Virus record (IMG/VR): IMGVR_UViG_3300002835_005179
Coordinates: 1 to 64,000 of that record
Length of the DNA stretch: 64,000 bases
Strand: one strand, 5' to 3'
Source: a virus
Lineage: Duplodnaviria > Heunggongvirae > Uroviricota > Caudoviricetes
Below the pieces are notes generated by a model, which saw only the letters and a program-made list of their open reading frames with translations, made no database searches and was not told where the DNA came from. Every line of letters starts with the position of its first letter. Position 1 is the first letter of the stretch. Of the stretch, positions 1 through 9,649 are shown piece by piece. The translations under genes were made by a program, and so were the position numbers.

Positions 1-1059
1 ACTGGTGGAGATTATGGATATGTAATATCCAACAATACTGGCGTAGCCAGTAAACGACTTCTTGTTGGCGGATCTACTGTTGAATTTCTAGTTAGCGGCG
101 CAGAAAAAGGCCGTTTTAACTCTGATGGGAAGTTTGGTATTGGAACGACGAGTCCATTAACCACACTACATGTAGGTGCTGTTGCTGCCCTCGACGGCGA
201 TGTCACTCTTAGTGCTGGCACTAACATGGTGTATGCCACTGCTACTAGTGGGGCGGCGCTGACCTGGAATGCAACCACCAATGGTGGATATGCAAACACC
301 ATCATGGCTAGATTACAGCCTCGCCAGGACACTGGCGCAAACTACTGCTTGGATGTATTCTGCGGTACCTGGAACAACAACAACTCTGCTGGCACTGCTA
401 TTGCTACATTCTCAAGTTCTGGCAATGTCGGTATTGGAACGCAAAGTCCATCTAAGAAAGGTTCCGTAGGGACTGCCGGGACGGACGGCTTTGCGATCCA
501 GTATTCCCCCACCTCGCAAGAAGTTTTTTCAGTTACGGCAAACACAGGGACTGGCGAGACAAAATTCTTTTGCGATACCAATTACTTCCAGACGTTCTAC
601 ACGAATAACTCTGAAAAGATGCGTGTTAATACTGATGGATACCTTCTTGTTGGATACGCTTCTTCAAACGGATCATACAAACTCCAGGTTAACTCTCAGA
701 TATTTGCTACTAACGCAACCATCGCTACCTCTGATGGACAATACAAGCAGAACGTTGTTTCGTTGCAGTCTGGTTTGGACGTGATAGAAAAGCTCAATCC
801 AGTCACTTTTAACTGGAAGGATCACGATATTCACAACTTTGAGAGTGGTACTCAGGTTGGCTTCATCGCTCAGGAAGTTAAGGAGGTTCTTGCGGATACT
901 CCGTACCTGGATTCAGTCATCAAGCGCAACGAGCTAAAGCGAGACGATGGATCTGTTGAAGAATTCTACGGCATGGCGGATGCCAAGCTGATCCCCGTAT
1001 TGGTCAAAGCAATTCAAGAACTGAAGGCAGAGATTGACCTTCTGAAAGCAGGAAATTAA
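1..1059 (+). CDS. Tail fibre/spike protein, 5' end cut by the window edge, with a C-terminal intramolecular-chaperone (peptidase S74-like) domain
   Basis: Frame 1 is open from nt 1 into track ORF 226..1059. Fibre repeat motifs are present (RFNSDGKFGIGTTSPLTTLHV, SSSGNVGIGTQSP, MRVNTDGYLLVG). The C-terminus LNPVTFNWK..GFIAQEV..LIPVLVKAIQELKAEIDLLK is typical of auto-cleaving chaperone domains. Confidence 0.75.
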   Translation, partial: TGGDYGYVISNNTGVASKRLLVGGSTVEFLVSGAEKGRFNSDGKFGIGTTSPLTTLHVGAVAALDGDVTLSAGTNMVYATATSGAALTWNATTNGGYANTIMARLQPRQDTGANYCLDVFCGTWNNNNSAGTAIATFSSSGNVGIGTQSPSKKGSVGTAGTDGFAIQYSPTSQEVFSVTANTGTGETKFFCDTNYFQTFYTNNSEKMRVNTDGYLLVGYASSNGSYKLQVNSQIFATNATIATSDGQYKQNVVSLQSGLDVIEKLNPVTFNWKDHDIHNFESGTQVGFIAQEVKEVLADTPYLDSVIKRNELKRDDGSVEEFYGMADAKLIPVLVKAIQELKAEIDLLKAGN

Positions 1060-1182
1060 TGGCTATCACATACGATTGGATCTTCAACCCCTTTGATTCA
1101 AGGATCGACTAGATGGATCAAAGAACTTTCTGAACAAAATAAACAGTTATTAGAAGAGATAAATAAATTAAAAGGGTAATAT

Positions 1183-1512
1183 ATGGCAATTAATTTTACG
1201 TGGCAATTCAGCAACTTCAAAGTCAAACCAAGTTTGGATGAACTAGAAGATGTATTGGTTTCCTATGAATGGCGAAGAGGAGCAAAAGATGGAGAGTATT
1301 TTATAGATTGTTATGGTTTATTATCTCTATCAGATCCTGACCGAGATTCTTTTAAAGATTATGAAACTTTAACAAAAGATGATATAATTAACTGGACTAT
1401 TTCCAAATTAACACAAGAAACTGTTGATAATTATGATTTAAGTTTGGTGTCTCAGATTGAAAATTTGAAGAATCCGCCATTAATAACCAAACCCGTTCCT
1501 TGGAGCGAATAA
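1183..1512 (+). CDS. Hypothetical protein (109 aa)
   Basis: Track ORF with an ATG start, tightly packed upstream of the terminase genes (its stop is 1 nt before the next ATG). Confidence 0.5.
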   Translation: MAINFTWQFSNFKVKPSLDELEDVLVSYEWRRGAKDGEYFIDCYGLLSLSDPDRDSFKDYETLTKDDIINWTISKLTQETVDNYDLSLVSQIENLKNPPLITKPVPWSE

Positions 1513-1513
1513 A

Positions 1514-1900
1514 ATGATCGATGATAAATTGAATGAAATCTTCGATATAGAGTCTACACCAAATCAATCAGATATCATTAAAAACGTCCCACCAGTACGA
1601 GAAGATATTGATGAAGATATTGAAGCAGCAAAAAAGATACATCGTGATCTAATGGAAAAATCACAAGATGCTTTAGATAATCTGATTGAATTTGCAAAAG
1701 CATCTGAATCACCACGTGCATATGAAGTTGTTGCCAATCTTATTAAGACGACTTCAGAAGTTGCAAAAACACTAGTAGAAATCAAGAATAAAGAAACAAA
1801 AGCTAAACCAGAAATTCAGAATAATACACAGAATAATCTTTTCGTCGGTTCAACTGCAGAATTACAGAAGTTCTTGAAAGGACAAAAAGAAGATGTTTAA
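1514..1900 (+). CDS. Terminase small subunit candidate (gp16 position)
   Basis: 128-aa acidic/helical ORF immediately upstream of, and overlapping by 8 nt, the large terminase gene, as gene 16 does in T4. Called by position only. Confidence 0.5.
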   Translation: MIDDKLNEIFDIESTPNQSDIIKNVPPVREDIDEDIEAAKKIHRDLMEKSQDALDNLIEFAKASESPRAYEVVANLIKTTSEVAKTLVEIKNKETKAKPEIQNNTQNNLFVGSTAELQKFLKGQKEDV

Positions 1901-3482
1901 TACAGGTGATAAGAATTATTATCTAAATCCACAAATAAAAAGATCTGGATTATCGGAAGAATACACCACAGAACAGATTCAAGAGTATGTTAAATGTTCA
2001 CAGGATCCAATATACTTTATAGAAAATTATGTAGAGATTAATTCTCTTGATAAAGGATTCGTGAAATTCAAAACACGTGGTTATCAACAAGATCTAATAG
2101 AAAAATACCATAAAAATAAAAAGAATATTGTACTTTCAAGTAGACAGAGTGGAAAAACGATTACTACTGCATCATTCATTCTTTGGTATATATTCTTTAA
2201 TCCTGATAAGAATGTTGCAATTCTAGCAAATAAAGCTGCAGTAGCAAGAGAAATTCTAGCAAGAATAGTTGCTTCTTTCGAACGAATACCATTCTTCTTA
2301 CAACCTGGTGTTAAAATTCTAAATAAAGGTTCTGTAGAATTGGGTAATTCTTCTAGAATAATTGCATCTGCAACTTCAGCATCCGCAATTCGTGGTTTTT
2401 CAGTTTCGTTACTTTATCTAGATGAATTTGGTTTCGTAGATAATGCGGAAGAATTCTTTAGATCAGTTATTCCAACAATTTCATCGGGCGAAACAACAAA
2501 AGTTATTATTTCATCTACACCAAATGGGTTGAATCTTTTCCATAAATTGTGGAAAGATGCTATAGATGGAAATAATGATTATGTACCGACAGAGATAACT
2601 TGGGATCAAGTTCCAGGAAGAGACGAATCTTGGAAGAATCTACAAATTGCGCAACTCGGAGAACATGGATTTAGACAAGAATTCGGAAATGAATTTCTTG
2701 GATCTTCGAATACTCTAATTTCTGGATATAAATTGCAATCTCTAACTTGGGAAAAACCAAAATTAGATTCTGATTCTTTAATTATTTTGGAAGAACCTAT
2801 TCAAAATCATAATTATGTAATTTCAGTAGATTCTTCTAGAGGAGTCGAAAATGATTATTCAGTTGCAATTGTTATCGATACAACACAAATTCCATATAAA
2901 ATAGTTGCAAGATTTAAAGATAATACAACTAGACCAATACTTCTACCGAATATCATTGTTGATTTGGCAAAGAAATATAATATGGCATTTTTGTTAATAG
3001 AAAGAAATACAGTAGGACAAACAGTTGCAGAATCCTGTTATTGGGATTTAGAATATGAAAATATATTCACAACTATTCCAGGAAAATCTGGACAAGAATT
3101 ACGATCATCATTTTCAAAATCAAATAAAATCGGTGTTGAAATGACTTCACAAGTGAAAAGATTGGGTACTTCTATTCTAAAAACGCTTGTTGAAGAAGAT
3201 AAGTTAATTAATTATACAGAAGATATTGTTAATGAATTATATTCATTTATTAATAAACATGGTTCTTGGGGTGGAGAAGCAGGAAAACATGATGATCTTG
3301 TTATGTCTTTAGTGTTGTTTTCTTGGGCGACAAACCAATCTTTCTTTAAAGAAATAACAAATTCTGATTTAAGAAAATCGTTTTTCGATTCACAGGAAGA
3401 ATCTGTAGAAGAAATCTATTCTTTTGCTGGAATTACTACTGGATCTGAAGAAGAAACTGCAGATAATTCTTGGTTAATTTAG
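1893..3482 (+). CDS. gp17: Terminase large subunit (T4 gp17-like)
   Basis: Walker A SSRQSGKT, Walker B LLYLDEFGF, a C-terminal nuclease-type region, and 529 aa. Ends in TAG. Confidence 0.9.
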   Translation: MFNTGDKNYYLNPQIKRSGLSEEYTTEQIQEYVKCSQDPIYFIENYVEINSLDKGFVKFKTRGYQQDLIEKYHKNKKNIVLSSRQSGKTITTASFILWYIFFNPDKNVAILANKAAVAREILARIVASFERIPFFLQPGVKILNKGSVELGNSSRIIASATSASAIRGFSVSLLYLDEFGFVDNAEEFFRSVIPTISSGETTKVIISSTPNGLNLFHKLWKDAIDGNNDYVPTEITWDQVPGRDESWKNLQIAQLGEHGFRQEFGNEFLGSSNTLISGYKLQSLTWEKPKLDSDSLIILEEPIQNHNYVISVDSSRGVENDYSVAIVIDTTQIPYKIVARFKDNTTRPILLPNIIVDLAKKYNMAFLLIERNTVGQTVAESCYWDLEYENIFTTIPGKSGQELRSSFSKSNKIGVEMTSQVKRLGTSILKTLVEEDKLINYTEDIVNELYSFINKHGSWGGEAGKHDDLVMSLVLFSWATNQSFFKEITNSDLRKSFFDSQEESVEEIYSFAGITTGSEEETADNSWLI

Positions 3483-3495
3483 AAAACCCTTTTTT

Positions 3496-3503
3496 TATAA
3501 ATA
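3496..3503 (+). promoter_or_regulatory. T4-type late promoter TATAAATA
   Basis: Exact TATAAATA about 55 nt upstream of the sheath gene, followed by an AAGGAG ribosome-binding site. Confidence 0.6.
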
Positions 3504-3557
3504 TAACTAGAAATATATATTCGAAAGAATAAAAACCTCTCAACAAGGAGAAAAATA

Positions 3558-5498
3558 ATGGCTTTTCAGCTTAGTCCAGGCGTAAATGTTTCTGAAATCG
3601 ATTTAACAACTACGGTTCCTGCAGTTGCAACTTCAATTGGAGCAATTGCTGGCGCTTTCCAATGGGGCCCAGTTTTAGAAATAAGAACAATTTCTTCAGA
3701 AATTGAATTAATAGATACTTTCTTTAAACCAAATAACACTGTTGCAGATACTTTCTTTTCTGCAGCAAATTTCTTACAATATTCTAATGCTCTAAGAGTT
3801 GTTAGAAATGTTGGTACTGATGCTAGAAATGCAACAAATGGCGCTTCTGGTATTTCCGGATTGACTATTGCAAATGCTGGTGTGTCAAATAATATGGCAC
3901 CAGGAACTTTTGCATTATCATTTACAGGTGCTACTGGAGCAGGTTCTGGTGCTGCTGGTACTGCAACTATATCTTATGGTGCAACAGGAGCAATTGTTTC
4001 TGCAGTAACTCTGACAAATGCAGGATCAGGATATACTTCTGCTCCAACAGTTGGTATTACAGGTGCTACAGGATTTACTACAAATTTCTCTATCACATCA
4101 TCAACTGCAAATACTTTAATTATTAAGAATGAAACTGATTATCAACAAAATTATATTTCTGGTTCAGCTTCAGCTGCTGGTACTTGGACTGCAAAGTATC
4201 CAGGAATCTTAGGAAATTCTCTGAAAGTTTCAATTTGCGACTCTCAAACTTTTTCCAGTTGGACATATAAGAATGCATTTACAGTAACACCAGGAACTTC
4301 TGATTATGTATCTACTCGTGGTGGTTCTAATGACGAATTGCATGTTATTGTTATTGACGAAGATGGTGCGTTTACTGGAACGCCAGGAACAGTATTAGAA
4401 AAATATGCTTTCTTATCAAAAGCTTCTGATGCTAAGACTGAATCCGGAGAAACTAATTATTATGCAAATGTAATCAATACCAAGTCACAATATATCTGGT
4501 GGACTAATCACCCTTCAGTTGGTGTTGATTGGGGTTCTGCCTCAACTGGTATTGCATTCGATCTATCCGGTCCTCTAACTGCTTCATTATCTGCAGGAGT
4601 TGATGCAAATACATTAACTAATGGCGAAATCCAAGCTGGTTATGATCTATTTGCCGATCCAGAAACTATTGACGTAAATCTAATTATTGGTGGATCTTCA
4701 AATACTACTGTCGGAACTTATCTAGTCCAATCTATTGCAGAAAATAGAAAGGATGCTATTGTGTTCTTATCACCAGCCAAATCAGATGTTGTAGATAATA
4801 AAGGACAAGAAGTAACTGACATAACAACAACCAAAAATGCACTACAATTGTCATCATCTTATGCTGTTTTTGATTCTGGTTGGAAGTATCAATACGATAA
4901 GTACAATGATGTATTCCGCTGGGTTCCTCTAAATGCAGATATTGCTGGTCTATGTGCTAGAACCGATCAAACTAACGATCCATGGTTCTCGCCAGCTGGA
5001 TTTAACAGAGGAAATATCAAAAACGTTGTGAAGTTGGCATTCAATCCAGATAAGGCTGATAGAGATGATCTATATAAGATCGGCGTCAATCCTGTGGTAA
5101 CTTTCCCAGGACAAGGCACTATCTTATATGGAGATAAGACTCTTCTTTCTAAGCCTTCTGCTTTCGATAGAATCAATGTTCGTAGATTATTCATTGTTCT
5201 TGAAAAGGCAATTGCAACTGCTTCTAAATTCTCTCTATTTGAATTGAACGACGAATTTACTAGAGCACAATTTATTGGATTAGTTGAACCTTATCTACGA
5301 GATGTGCAAGGTAGAAGAGGAATTATCGATTTCAAGGTTGTGTGTGACGAAACCAATAATACTCCTCAAGTAATTGATTCTAATTCATTCGTTGGTGATA
5401 TCTATATTAAGCCAGCAAGATCTATCAATTTCATTCAATTGAATTTCGTAGCTGTCAGAACTGGCGTGGAATTTTCTGAGATTGTTGGACAATTCTAA
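3558..5498 (+). CDS. gp18: Contractile tail sheath protein (gp18-like) with an inserted Gly/Ala/Thr-rich domain
   Basis: 646 aa. N-terminus MAFQLSPGVNVSEIDLT and C-terminal RINVRRLFIVLEKAI..FIGLVEPYLRDVQ resemble T4 gp18. Lies between the terminase and tube genes. Confidence 0.85.
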   Translation: MAFQLSPGVNVSEIDLTTTVPAVATSIGAIAGAFQWGPVLEIRTISSEIELIDTFFKPNNTVADTFFSAANFLQYSNALRVVRNVGTDARNATNGASGISGLTIANAGVSNNMAPGTFALSFTGATGAGSGAAGTATISYGATGAIVSAVTLTNAGSGYTSAPTVGITGATGFTTNFSITSSTANTLIIKNETDYQQNYISGSASAAGTWTAKYPGILGNSLKVSICDSQTFSSWTYKNAFTVTPGTSDYVSTRGGSNDELHVIVIDEDGAFTGTPGTVLEKYAFLSKASDAKTESGETNYYANVINTKSQYIWWTNHPSVGVDWGSASTGIAFDLSGPLTASLSAGVDANTLTNGEIQAGYDLFADPETIDVNLIIGGSSNTTVGTYLVQSIAENRKDAIVFLSPAKSDVVDNKGQEVTDITTTKNALQLSSSYAVFDSGWKYQYDKYNDVFRWVPLNADIAGLCARTDQTNDPWFSPAGFNRGNIKNVVKLAFNPDKADRDDLYKIGVNPVVTFPGQGTILYGDKTLLSKPSAFDRINVRRLFIVLEKAIATASKFSLFELNDEFTRAQFIGLVEPYLRDVQGRRGIIDFKVVCDETNNTPQVIDSNSFVGDIYIKPARSINFIQLNFVAVRTGVEFSEIVGQF

Positions 5499-5501
5499 TG
5501 A

Positions 5502-5526
5502 TGGGAGGAGAAATCCTCCCATTTCT
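5502..5526 (+). terminator. Rho-independent terminator-like hairpin
   Basis: TGGGAGGA-gaaa-TCCTCCCA followed by TTTCT, directly after the sheath stop codon. Confidence 0.6.
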
Positions 5527-5560
5527 AACGAATAAATAAGAATAAAGGATTTAAACACAT

Positions 5561-6073
5561 ATGCCATTTAACTTAACAAATTTCAAAGGAGCGTTTGCTG
5601 CAGAAGGCGCAAGACCTACTCTGTTTGAAGCAGATGTTTTTGGAGGAGGGATTGGTCCAGACTTCAAATTCCATTGCAAGGCGGCACAATTACCAGGAAA
5701 GACAATAGGAATTGTTGAAGTTCCTTATTTTGGTAGAAAAATTAAGGTAGCTGGTGATCAAACGTTCGCAGAATGGACTGTAACTGTGATGAATGAAGAA
5801 ACATTCAATGTCAGAAACGCATTCGAAAGATGGATGAGTGGAATTAATGCTCATGTTAGAAACGTGAAAACTGATGGTGGTTATAAAACAACTACAGCTC
5901 AAGTTCGTCAATATTCAAAAGAAGGAACTGTATTAAAGAGATATAATTTCGTCGGAATATGGCCTTCTGATATTGCACCAATAGATGTTTCTTGGGAATC
6001 TAATGATACAATTGAAGAATTTACAGTAACTCTTCAATATGATTGGTGGGAATCAGTTCCTAATATTAATTAA
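5561..6073 (+). CDS. gp19: Tail tube protein (gp19-like)
   Basis: 170 aa, directly after the sheath gene. MPFNLTNFKG..ARPTLFE resembles the gp19 N-terminus. Confidence 0.8.
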   Translation: MPFNLTNFKGAFAAEGARPTLFEADVFGGGIGPDFKFHCKAAQLPGKTIGIVEVPYFGRKIKVAGDQTFAEWTVTVMNEETFNVRNAFERWMSGINAHVRNVKTDGGYKTTTAQVRQYSKEGTVLKRYNFVGIWPSDIAPIDVSWESNDTIEEFTVTLQYDWWESVPNIN

Positions 6074-6084
6074 GGATTCACTGA

Positions 6085-7695
6085 ATGTTTGATTTTTTTG
6101 GTTTTACTATCAAGAGAAAAGGTCCGGAAGAGGAGAAAGAATTACTTTCTCCTGTTCCACCACAATCTGACGACGAAGCTACTATAGTAACTTCTAGTGG
6201 TGGTTTCGTCAACACATCGTTTAATACGGAGTTTTCTTCTTCAGATAAGAGAGTTCTGATAAACAAATATAGAGAACTTTCTCTTATGCCAGAAATCGAA
6301 TCGGCAATTGATGAAATCGTTAACGAAGCAATTGTTACCGGAGACCCAGAATCTCCGGTCGGAGTTATTTTAGACCGTCTTCCTTTTTCAGAAGATATTA
6401 AAGAAGTAATACAAGACGAATTTTCTGCAGTCTTGAATCTACTTGATTTCAATGAAAATGCTTACGAAATATTCAAAAGATGGTATATAGATGGAAGATT
6501 ATTCTTTTCAGTTGTAATTGATTCGAAGAATACAAAAGATGGTATTCAAGAACTAAGATATATTGATCCAAGAGAAATTGAAAAGATCAGAGAAGTGAAA
6601 GAAGAATTTTCTAAGCGTGGTGTGAAGTTACAAAAGACTGTACAAGAATATTATTTTTATAAAAACGATATTAAGTTACCTGCAGATTCAGTAGCATATT
6701 GTAACTCAGGATTGATTGATTATAAAAATAAAGCAACAGTAATTTCGTACTTACACAAATCAATTAAACCGTACAATCAATTGAGAATGTTAGAAGATGC
6801 TACTGTAATCTACAGGTTAGCAAGAGCTCCTGAAAGAAGAGTCTTCAAGATTGGAACTGGTGGGCTTCCAAAAATTAAAGCAGAACAATATGTAAATTCA
6901 TTGATGAATAAGTTCAGAAATAAGATTGTATATGATCAAGCAACAGGAGATCTCAGAGACGATTCAAGAACTCTATCCGTTCTTGAAGATTTCTGGATTC
7001 CAGTTGGAGAAGATGGTAAGACAACAGACATCTCTACTCTACCTGGTGGACAAAATCTCGGTGAAATGGGAGATGTGGAATACTTCCGCAAGAAATTATA
7101 TAATGCCCTACATGTCCCAATCACTAGAATTTCAGAAGGATCTACATTCAATACAGGTAGATCTGCAGAAATAGATAGAGAAGAAGTTAAGTTTAACAAA
7201 TTTATTAAAAGATTAAGAGTGAGATTCTCTTCTATCTTCACAGATCTTCTGAGAACTCAGTTAATTCTAAAGAATATTATAACTACTGAAGAATGGGATA
7301 CTTATGTGAAGAACAATATTTATTATGACTTCAGAAAAGATTCTCACTTCGCAGAATATAATGAAGCTGAAATCATGTCTAGAAGAATGGAATTGGCCTC
7401 ATCTGCAATAAGTTTAGGTGATAATTATTTCTCTGAAGATTATATTAAGAAACACTTCTTGAAGTTATCTGATGAAGAATTGAAGGAAATGGAAACAGAT
7501 AAAGAATCTGTTCCTGATGAAGAGACTCCTGTAGAACCTGAGATGGATCTAGGAATGTCGGACCTTGGTAATCCTTCTCCTGAAGAACTTCCACCATTAG
7601 AAACTCCAGAGATTTCTAACATTGAATTACCTCAACAAAATCCCTCAACAATTATAAATAAGAAAGGGAAAGAAAATGAACCTAGAAAATTTTAA
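6085..7695 (+). CDS. gp20: Portal vertex protein (gp20-like)
   Basis: 536 aa with motifs LEDATVIYRLARAPERRVF and LEDFWIPV typical of T4 gp20. Its position is syntenic. Confidence 0.85.
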   Translation: MFDFFGFTIKRKGPEEEKELLSPVPPQSDDEATIVTSSGGFVNTSFNTEFSSSDKRVLINKYRELSLMPEIESAIDEIVNEAIVTGDPESPVGVILDRLPFSEDIKEVIQDEFSAVLNLLDFNENAYEIFKRWYIDGRLFFSVVIDSKNTKDGIQELRYIDPREIEKIREVKEEFSKRGVKLQKTVQEYYFYKNDIKLPADSVAYCNSGLIDYKNKATVISYLHKSIKPYNQLRMLEDATVIYRLARAPERRVFKIGTGGLPKIKAEQYVNSLMNKFRNKIVYDQATGDLRDDSRTLSVLEDFWIPVGEDGKTTDISTLPGGQNLGEMGDVEYFRKKLYNALHVPITRISEGSTFNTGRSAEIDREEVKFNKFIKRLRVRFSSIFTDLLRTQLILKNIITTEEWDTYVKNNIYYDFRKDSHFAEYNEAEIMSRRMELASSAISLGDNYFSEDYIKKHFLKLSDEELKEMETDKESVPDEETPVEPEMDLGMSDLGNPSPEELPPLETPEISNIELPQQNPSTIINKKGKENEPRKF

Positions 7696-8068
7696 GCAAG
7701 CATATGTAAAGACAATATCGGAATCAACAGATGATTCGGATCTCACGAATTATATCAGATCTATTGTAGAAGAAGCGGTAACTGAAGGCAAACTATCTAG
7801 TTTAGCGAAAACGGCGGTCGGACGTTTAGGGAAAATGGCTGGGATTGGATCAAAAAACGAACCAAATTTTGGCTTCAAACCAAAAGACAAAGTTGGTACT
7901 CCAAAAGAACAAGAACAAGCCATGGAACAATTAGATAATATTAGAAATTATTTTATGGAGATAGATGATTTACTAAGAATATTAGATACCAAAATCAAGA
8001 ATGAATACATTGATGACTTTATTGATGAATTCAATGAGTTACTCGTAGATCTTAAATCATTAAAATAA
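7676..8068 (+). CDS. Prohead-core-position protein (130 aa) with N-terminal MNLENFKQAY leader
   Basis: Occupies the gp67/68 position between portal and protease. Its N-terminus is shared with ORFs 13070 and 30000. Confidence 0.45.
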   Translation: MNLENFKQAYVKTISESTDDSDLTNYIRSIVEEAVTEGKLSSLAKTAVGRLGKMAGIGSKNEPNFGFKPKDKVGTPKEQEQAMEQLDNIRNYFMEIDDLLRILDTKIKNEYIDDFIDEFNELLVDLKSLK

Positions 8069-8084
8069 AATAGAGTATAATATT

Positions 8085-8108
8085 GTGAGGCTCCTGCAGG
8101 AGCCTCAC
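8085..8108 (+). other. Perfect 24-bp palindrome / RNA stem-loop
   Basis: GTGAGGCTCCTG|CAGGAGCCTCAC lies between genes with no T-run. The track GTG-start ORF 8085 begins inside it and is probably too long. Confidence 0.4.
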
Positions 8109-8126
8109 ACGGAGATCGAGGATTAT

Positions 8127-8282
8127 ATGACACAAACCGAAAGAACAAAAATTGAAACCATTATTAATTATTGCAAAGAAGATAATCCGCAAGCAATAAA
8201 ACCACTAATGAACTCTTTAATTGCTAGTAGAATTTCTCATTTATTAGATCAAAAGAGAGATCAAATTAAGAAAGAGATATAA
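8127..8282 (+). CDS. Hypothetical small protein (51 aa)
   Basis: ATG at 8127 is preceded by GAGG. I prefer this to the GTG start at 8085, which lies inside the palindrome. Confidence 0.4.
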   Translation: MTQTERTKIETIINYCKEDNPQAIKPLMNSLIASRISHLLDQKRDQIKKEI

Positions 8283-8285
8283 TAA

Positions 8286-8705
8286 ATGGCGACAACAACT
8301 ATCTTAAGACAAGACGAAAATTCTGCAGTTGTTACTATTTCTGGTGCTGGAGCAGAAACTCTAGCATTCGTTTTACATCCAGGTGGTGCAACAGGTCCAA
8401 TCGGCGCCACTGGTTTCGCTGGAACAACAGGCGTTGGAATTGTTTCTTTAGAAAAGATAGATTGGTCTATCACAGGAACTAACAAAATCTCATTATATTT
8501 CAACGGATCAACTGATCAATTGATTGGTCATTATGATGGATCTGGTAGAATTGATTATTATAGAGATTATCAAACTAAGATTACTAATATCGCCCCAGCC
8601 ACAGATTCAACAATCTTATTAACTTCTACTACATCCGATCCATATGTTCTTGTTATGAAACTAGAAAAAACATCGGGATTTGTTAAGGTTGGACAATACT
8701 CTTAA
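8286..8705 (+). CDS. Hypothetical head-module protein (139 aa)
   Basis: Track ORF in the head-gene operon. Contains a short GATGPIGATGFAGTTG tract. Confidence 0.5.
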   Translation: MATTTILRQDENSAVVTISGAGAETLAFVLHPGGATGPIGATGFAGTTGVGIVSLEKIDWSITGTNKISLYFNGSTDQLIGHYDGSGRIDYYRDYQTKITNIAPATDSTILLTSTTSDPYVLVMKLEKTSGFVKVGQYS

Positions 8706-8974
8706 TGCTTAACGAAAAAACAGTTAAGATGGGTCAGAAAATCCGCTACGATAGGGTTCGTGGCGGTAAGATTCAACGTAAGAAGATTAAATCTGCTAAA
8801 GCAGGATATAGAGTTTCTGGTAAAAAATTAGTTAGAATGAATCCCGCTGAAAAAAGAAAACGAGCAATATCTGCTAGAAAAGCGTCAAGAAAAAGAGCAG
8901 CAAAATTATCATCAATCTTAAAGAAAAGAAAGATCTCAATTAAAAAAGGTAAAAGAGCAGGAATATACAAATGA
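8705..8974 (+). CDS. Highly basic Lys/Arg-rich protein (89 aa), possible internal/core DNA-binding protein
   Basis: Extreme K/R content. Overlaps its neighbours through TAATG and ATGA junctions and lies just upstream of the prohead protease. Confidence 0.5.
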   Translation: MLNEKTVKMGQKIRYDRVRGGKIQRKKIKSAKAGYRVSGKKLVRMNPAEKRKRAISARKASRKRAAKLSSILKKRKISIKKGKRAGIYK

Positions 8975-9612
8975 AACTATTAACAGAAGTAAATGAATTC
9001 ATAAAAATTGTTTCAGAATCTGCTGAAGGTAAACCAAAAGATTATTTTATTGAAGGTATTTTCATCCAATGCGAGAAGCCAAATAGAAATAATAGAGTAT
9101 ATAAGATGGAATATATGCAACCAGAAGTAGATCGTTATGTTGAAGAATACGTCAACAAGAATAGAGCTTTTGGTGAATTAGGTCATCCAGATAATCCTAC
9201 AATTAATCTAGATAGAGTATCGCATCTTATTACTGTTCTAGAACAAAAAGGTAATGATTATATCGGTAAAGCAAAAGTTCTAGATACACCAAACGGAAAG
9301 ATTGTTAAAGCATTTATCGATGGTGGTTGTATGTTAGGTGTTTCTACTAGAGGATTAGGTTCTCTTCAACAAGAAAAGTCTTTTTCTATGGTTCAACCAG
9401 ATTACAAAATTATGACTGCCGCAGATATTGTTGCTGATCCATCTGCGCACGAAGCATTTGTGGAAGCTGTTATGGAATCAAAAGAATGGGTTTGGAATAA
9501 TGGAATTGTGAAGGAAGTAACTATTGATTCATATAAGAAGAAGCTAACAACATCAAAAAGATTACAAGAAGATAAGATTGCCATTTTTACAGACTTTCTT
9601 TCGAGATTGTAA
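8971..9612 (+). CDS. gp21: Prohead core protease (gp21-like)
   Basis: Motifs FGELGHPD and GVSTRGLGS are typical of the T4 gp21 family. Position is syntenic. Confidence 0.85.
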   Translation: MKLLTEVNEFIKIVSESAEGKPKDYFIEGIFIQCEKPNRNNRVYKMEYMQPEVDRYVEEYVNKNRAFGELGHPDNPTINLDRVSHLITVLEQKGNDYIGKAKVLDTPNGKIVKAFIDGGCMLGVSTRGLGSLQQEKSFSMVQPDYKIMTAADIVADPSAHEAFVEAVMESKEWVWNNGIVKEVTIDSYKKKLTTSKRLQEDKIAIFTDFLSRL

Positions 9613-9649
9613 ATTTAATAAATAAATTAAGAATATAGGAGAATAATTA

